Part shown: positions 8,391-11,776 of the stretch, in pieces
Position numbering within the stretch: the stretch's first letter is position 1
How the letters are laid out: each line of letters starts with the position of its first letter
Assembly (NCBI GenBank): GCA_963754945.1
Contig: CAVWIG010000016.1
Location: 1 to 11,776 of the forward strand
DNA from: Methanotrichaceae archaeon
Lineage (GTDB): Archaea; Halobacteriota; Methanosarcinia; Methanotrichales; Methanotrichaceae
Reading direction: 5' to 3'
DNA length: 11,776 nucleotides
Notes under the pieces: generated by a model
The model's input: only the letters and a program-made list of their open reading frames with translations
Told to the model about the DNA's origin: nothing
Database searches by the model: none
Translations under genes and position numbers: made by a program

Positions 8391-9247
8391 ATCGGGAGCT
8401 AATCGGTGGGTTCGGCCTGGATCTGGCATTACCCGTATCGCTCGTAATCCTGGCGGAATCTCTGATATTCACGGGAAACATGCAGGCAGCTATGATCGTT
8501 CATGCCTTGAACCTGACGTTTCTCATCCTGTCTTCCGCTTACATAAACAACCGGATCTATCCTGCTCTGATGTTATTGCCCCTGTTCCGTCTTTTGAACG
8601 TCGCTATGCCTGTGTTCTTCCAGCTGACTTTATTCTCATATTCTCTTGTTTACGCCCCCATGTTCATACCCATCTATTTCGTCTTGAAAGAAGGGTTCAT
8701 CAGCCGTTCCGAGGCCGGCTTAACCCTGAAGGGTTTCTGGTTCTTTATGCCCCTGGCTGTAGCCGTCGGTTTTGCCCTGGGCTGGGGAGAGTACAATGTG
8801 CTGCATGCTGAGTCGCTAGTTCCGGGATCAGGCATTATGTACGTCTTCCTTCTGTCTATTATCATGATCGTCTTCGTGGGTGCAGTAGAGGAGTTCGTAT
8901 TTCGGTGTGCTCTGCAGACGGTCATGGAAGAGCGACTTGGTTCTGTGGCCGGACTGCTGGCTACTAGCGCGATCTTCGGTATAATGCACAGCGGTTACCA
9001 TCTGCCTCAGGAGGTACTGTTCGTGACCTTTGCCGGCGTTGTGTTTGGGTTACTGTTCTGGTTGACCAGAAGCCTGCCTGTTATCGCTCTAGCCCACGGG
9101 GTAACCAATATATCTCTCTTTCTGGTAGCGCCAGACTATTCCGGGTTGATCATCTATTCGATAGGGGTACCTGGACTATTGTTCGTGCTATCTGCCTATC
9201 TATTCAAGATTAGACCGCGAAATGAAGATCCTAACCGTATGAGATGA
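8387..9247 (+). CDS. CPBP-family (type II CAAX/Rce1-like) intramembrane glutamic endopeptidase
   Basis: Multi-TM protein with intact motifs EEFVFR (EExxxR), FGIMH (FxxxH) and HGVTN (HxxxN). The likely GTG start at 8387 overlaps the TPR stop (GTGA). The ORF track starts at 8375. Confidence 0.92.
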   Translation: MNRELIGGFGLDLALPVSLVILAESLIFTGNMQAAMIVHALNLTFLILSSAYINNRIYPALMLLPLFRLLNVAMPVFFQLTLFSYSLVYAPMFIPIYFVLKEGFISRSEAGLTLKGFWFFMPLAVAVGFALGWGEYNVLHAESLVPGSGIMYVFLLSIIMIVFVGAVEEFVFRCALQTVMEERLGSVAGLLATSAIFGIMHSGYHLPQEVLFVTFAGVVFGLLFWLTRSLPVIALAHGVTNISLFLVAPDYSGLIIYSIGVPGLLFVLSAYLFKIRPRNEDPNRMR

Positions 9248-9299
9248 GAAATGATTGATACGAGAATTTAGACCGCGAAACACTCTAGCCGTATGAATG
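9210..9299. repeat. Imperfect direct repeat spanning the CPBP stop codon
   Basis: TTAGACCGCGAAA at 9210-9222 and 9268-9280 (13/13). It is followed by CTAACCGTATGA (9231-9242) and CTAGCCGTATGA (9285-9296), 11/12. Confidence 0.85.
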
Positions 9300-9325
9300 G
9301 AAAAGATCGAAAAAGAATTGAACCC

Positions 9326-9655
9326 TTAATGGGTGATGACTTCCATTACCTTGTAGCCCACGATCAAGAAGAATGTCATAACCATGGGGATAATCGCCAG
9401 GTTCAGCATGGTGGATAGACGTTTATTCCAAAGCTTGGATGCCGACAAAATCTCGGATGCGGCAAGAAGACCAATCAGACAAACCACGGAGATGATGCTG
9501 ACATCAGAGACTCCTAGCGTGGCAAACATGCTCGTCGCTGAGGATGTAGCGCTTAAGACGTTGAGTGCACTCGTCGCACTCGTCGCACTCATAGTACTAG
9601 TGGCACTCATGGTGCTCATTGCGCTGCTTACCGTACTCAACATCGATGATAACAA
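9326..9655 (-). CDS. Small membrane protein (about 105-109 aa) with a Ser/Thr/Ala/Met-rich repetitive N-terminus and two C-terminal TM helices
   Basis: SAMSTMSATSTMSATSATSA tripeptide repeats, then VSIISVVCLIGLLAASEIL and LNLAIIPMVMTFFLIVGYKVMEVI. RBS GAGGT (9667..9663) lies 7 nt before TTG 9655, with ATG 9643 as an alternative start. The TATA box at 9709..9700 argues against the 9727 start. Confidence 0.8.
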   Translation of the reverse strand: MLSSMLSTVSSAMSTMSATSTMSATSATSALNVLSATSSATSMFATLGVSDVSIISVVCLIGLLAASEILSASKLWNKRLSTMLNLAIIPMVMTFFLIVGYKVMEVITH

Positions 9656-9699
9656 TCTACTTACCTCAAGCGAATCTAATATCAGTACTTCTAAGTGAG

Positions 9700-9716
9700 T
9701 ATAAATAAACTTCGGT
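9700..9716 (-). promoter_or_regulatory. BRE/TATA promoter of the small Ser/Thr-rich protein
   Basis: The minus strand reads ACCGAAG-TTTATTTATA. Confidence 0.6.
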
Positions 9717-9877
9717 CTCGGTTTCATCTCATAGGAATCTTATTGGAACCGGCGCAGGATAGAGGAACTCTTGGACAGCGTCTCGGCAACCTTTCGCCAA
9801 AGAGCTCTGCCACTCATGCAACATCCATCTTGATGGCCCCAGCCACGGGAAGCTTGAAGCTGCCATCGATAACCAGC

Positions 9878-9990
9878 TCCTTGATCACCTTCATCACCAC
9901 GAAGACCCTAGGATGTCCTCAGCCGCATCTCCAAGACCTTGAAGTGGTACTTCCTGGCAATATTTCAAATCTTCCCGATAATCTCTGAAA
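9878..9990 (-). pseudogene. Possible eroded IS200/IS605 TnpA (Y1 HUH transposase) fragment
   Basis: Stitching minus-strand frames gives FRDYREDL / NIARKYHFKVLEM / AED / HPRVFV VMKVIK. This resembles the TnpA pattern (E)IA..Y.FEILEM...EDHVHLFV...IVK.LK, but needs several indels. Confidence 0.35.
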
Positions 9991-10371
9991 CCTAAGTGGC
10001 GATTGGCGGCAATCAGATCTCCTATTTCCCGGCGCGTTAAATTTCCCGAAAAATGCCGCGACGCCTTCGCATCCCTCTGCCATCGTTTTATACATTGGAA
10101 TAATCCCAATTGGTCCTCGCCATTCAGGTCGTTTCTGGCATGAAGCTCAATAGATCATCATAGTGTAAAAGTTCATGTATATAAATAGACAATCTGCGTC
10201 TTGTTCGTCCTGGGATCAATGCACTCATGAGCGTGTCAAAGAGACAGTAGGTACCTGGAAGGATGTATATCTGCGTTCCCTGGACAGATAATCTGCGAAT
10301 CGAAGTAAGGGTTGTAGGAGTAAGTCTTGATAAAGAATTTAAACAAAGACCTGGAATAAAACTATCTAAGT

Positions 10372-11058
10372 ATGAGCCCCGGCTACATCCTAAATAAGAA
10401 AAGAATCATCATTCTCCTGATGCTGATGCTGAGCTTATCGACGCCAGCATTCCACGCACAGGAAGGTTCGAACGACCTCTGGTTTCTCATCTCCAGTTAC
10501 GAGGATATAGGGATCACGGTTCAAGATCTGTCCCAATTTCTGGTGGCTCATGGCTACAACGCAAAACCTGCGATGTCATATGTGACTGTGACCCTGCCCA
10601 GCGGCGGAAAGGTTTATCTGACTCCGAACGGTGGCGCTCCAGGGCTTGCCGATATGTGGATGAACCCCCCGAGCGGACCCACCCAGCCCACCAGGGTTAG
10701 CGCAAGCTATGCTGTTAAGAAAAATGCGACTTATCGCAAAACGTCCGACACCGATTTCATAAAAAGCATCAGTAGGTCCGTTCAATTTCCAGTAACCCCT
10801 CTTGGGATGTGTTATGAGGGATCTAATGAGATGGGGAAGATCTACAAAGATTTGGGATACAATGTAACATACATGTATCGTCAGGACAATCCGGGGCACG
10901 AATGGGTTTTGGTAGAGAATGACTCCAGTGACACGTGGCTTGCTGTGGACAGTTATTTCGGCATCATCAAAAACAGCAACGACTATTATACGGCAACTTA
11001 TAGCTTTCCCAATCCCAGTTATTTGGCATTGGTAAATCCCCAGTGGAGGACTGGTTGA
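10372..11058 (+). CDS. Secreted protein, 228 aa, with a C-terminal transglutaminase-like/papain-like Cys-His-Asp domain
   Basis: Signal peptide KKRIIILLMLMLSLSTPAFHA. GMCYEGS (Cys147), GHEWVLV (His176) and WLAVDSY (Asp193) occur in the order and context typical of the fold. TTTAAA at 10338-10343 upstream. Confidence 0.7.
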   Translation: MSPGYILNKKRIIILLMLMLSLSTPAFHAQEGSNDLWFLISSYEDIGITVQDLSQFLVAHGYNAKPAMSYVTVTLPSGGKVYLTPNGGAPGLADMWMNPPSGPTQPTRVSASYAVKKNATYRKTSDTDFIKSISRSVQFPVTPLGMCYEGSNEMGKIYKDLGYNVTYMYRQDNPGHEWVLVENDSSDTWLAVDSYFGIIKNSNDYYTATYSFPNPSYLALVNPQWRTG

Positions 11059-11115
11059 AAGGCGGAGGGAGGAATTGTATGAATTGGAAACTGTCATATT
11101 TCGGGATAAGCTTGT

Positions 11116-11776
11116 GAGAGTTTCGAAAAACTAATCAATCGAAATACTTATATACTATTAATACTATAATATAATGCATGAGGACTCTCATTGATTTTGC
11201 CATTCGAGCAGAATATGCTCGAGTAAAAGCCCTCGGAGATGATCTATCCGAGATCGGATCGTTGATCAATTGGGAGCGTTTCAGATTTTTGGAACCATTG
11301 ATATACAAAAATAAAACTAGCCGCGGAGGTCGTCCGAACATTGACATCGTGATTATGGTGAAAGCTCTCGTAATTCAGCATTGGTTTGGTCTAACAGATC
11401 CAGAACTGGAGCGACAGGTTGCGGATAGGATCTCTTTTCGTATTTTCCTTGGCACCACTGAAGTAATTCCTGATTTCAGCACAGTTTGGCTATTCCGTGA
11501 ACGTTTGATTAAGTGCGACGTATACGATGATCTTTGGAATGAGCTTCAAAGGCAGCTCGATGAGATGGGGTTTACTGTAAAGAATGGCACTATCCAGGAT
11601 GCAACCTTCATAACTTCGGACCCAGGTCGGAAGAGGAACAAGAAAGACGAGCAAGGCGGGGACAAAAAGGAAGGTCAAGATTCCGAAGCCACCAGTACGA
11701 GCCTGAATCAGGAGTTTGATAAAGAGCTAATTGGTATTTCAAATAATATTATTGATGACAAGGCCAAACCACAGAG
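11116..11776 (+). mobile_element. IS5-family insertion sequence, left part (runs off the window)
   Basis: Transposase ORF from 11178. The candidate left terminal inverted repeat begins GAGAGTTTCGAAAAAC at 11116, but the right end is not visible to confirm it. Internal BRE/TATA GAAATAC-TTATATA at 11141-11154. Confidence 0.8.
11178..11776 (+). CDS. IS5-family DDE transposase, N-terminal 199 aa (partial; absent from the ORF track because it has no stop in the window)
   Basis: Manual translation MRTLIDFAIRAEYARVKALGDDLSEIGSLINWERFR...RGGRPNIDIVIMVKALVIQHWFGLTDPELERQVADRISFRIFLG...IPDFSTVWLFRERL...GTIQDATFITSDPG. This gives a DUF772-type N-domain and the first catalytic Asp. Confidence 0.93.
   Translation, partial: MRTLIDFAIRAEYARVKALGDDLSEIGSLINWERFRFLEPLIYKNKTSRGGRPNIDIVIMVKALVIQHWFGLTDPELERQVADRISFRIFLGTTEVIPDFSTVWLFRERLIKCDVYDDLWNELQRQLDEMGFTVKNGTIQDATFITSDPGRKRNKKDEQGGDKKEGQDSEATSTSLNQEFDKELIGISNNIIDDKAKPQ

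Noticed and set aside
9210-9299. Mini-CRISPR array
   Set aside because: There are only two imperfect copies with an internal indel, and no cas genes in the window.
9384-9988. Plus-strand ORFs 9384..9698 and 9695..9988
   Set aside because: The first mirrors the repeats of the minus-strand gene, which has the promoter and RBS support. The second starts at the TATA region and has no protein-like features.
10576-11678. Minus-strand ORFs 10576..11097, 11135..11347 and 11490..11678
   Set aside because: They are antisense to the transglutaminase-like gene and the IS5 transposase.

Overview
Archaeal chromosomal window, most likely from a Methanosarcinales/Methanotrichaceae-type methanogen. This is inferred from the archaeal Hpt, DUF357, BRE/TATA promoters and GGAGG(T) RBSs. 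Left to right it holds: a secreted 563-aa protein with Q-Y-P repeats; an orphan AbrB/SpoVT-type regulator; a fused trehalose-6-phosphate synthase/phosphatase gene broken by one frameshift; hpt; DUF357; a Cys/His-rich hypothetical protein; and a frameshifted membrane metal-dependent hydrolase. Next comes a cell-envelope block: a secreted TPR protein with a C-terminal sorting-signal-like tail, translationally coupled to a CPBP (CAAX-type) intramembrane protease, plus a convergent small Ser/Thr-rich two-TM protein. The right end has a possible eroded IS200 tnpA fragment, a secreted transglutaminase-like Cys-His-Asp protein and the 5' part of an IS5-family element that the ORF track missed. The best candidate for an undescribed system is the TPR-tail/CPBP/Ser-Thr-rich protein module, which could be a protease-based surface-protein sorting or maturation system. 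That is a hypothesis only. No rRNA, tRNA or CRISPR array was seen. Family assignments come from motif recognition, not database searches.
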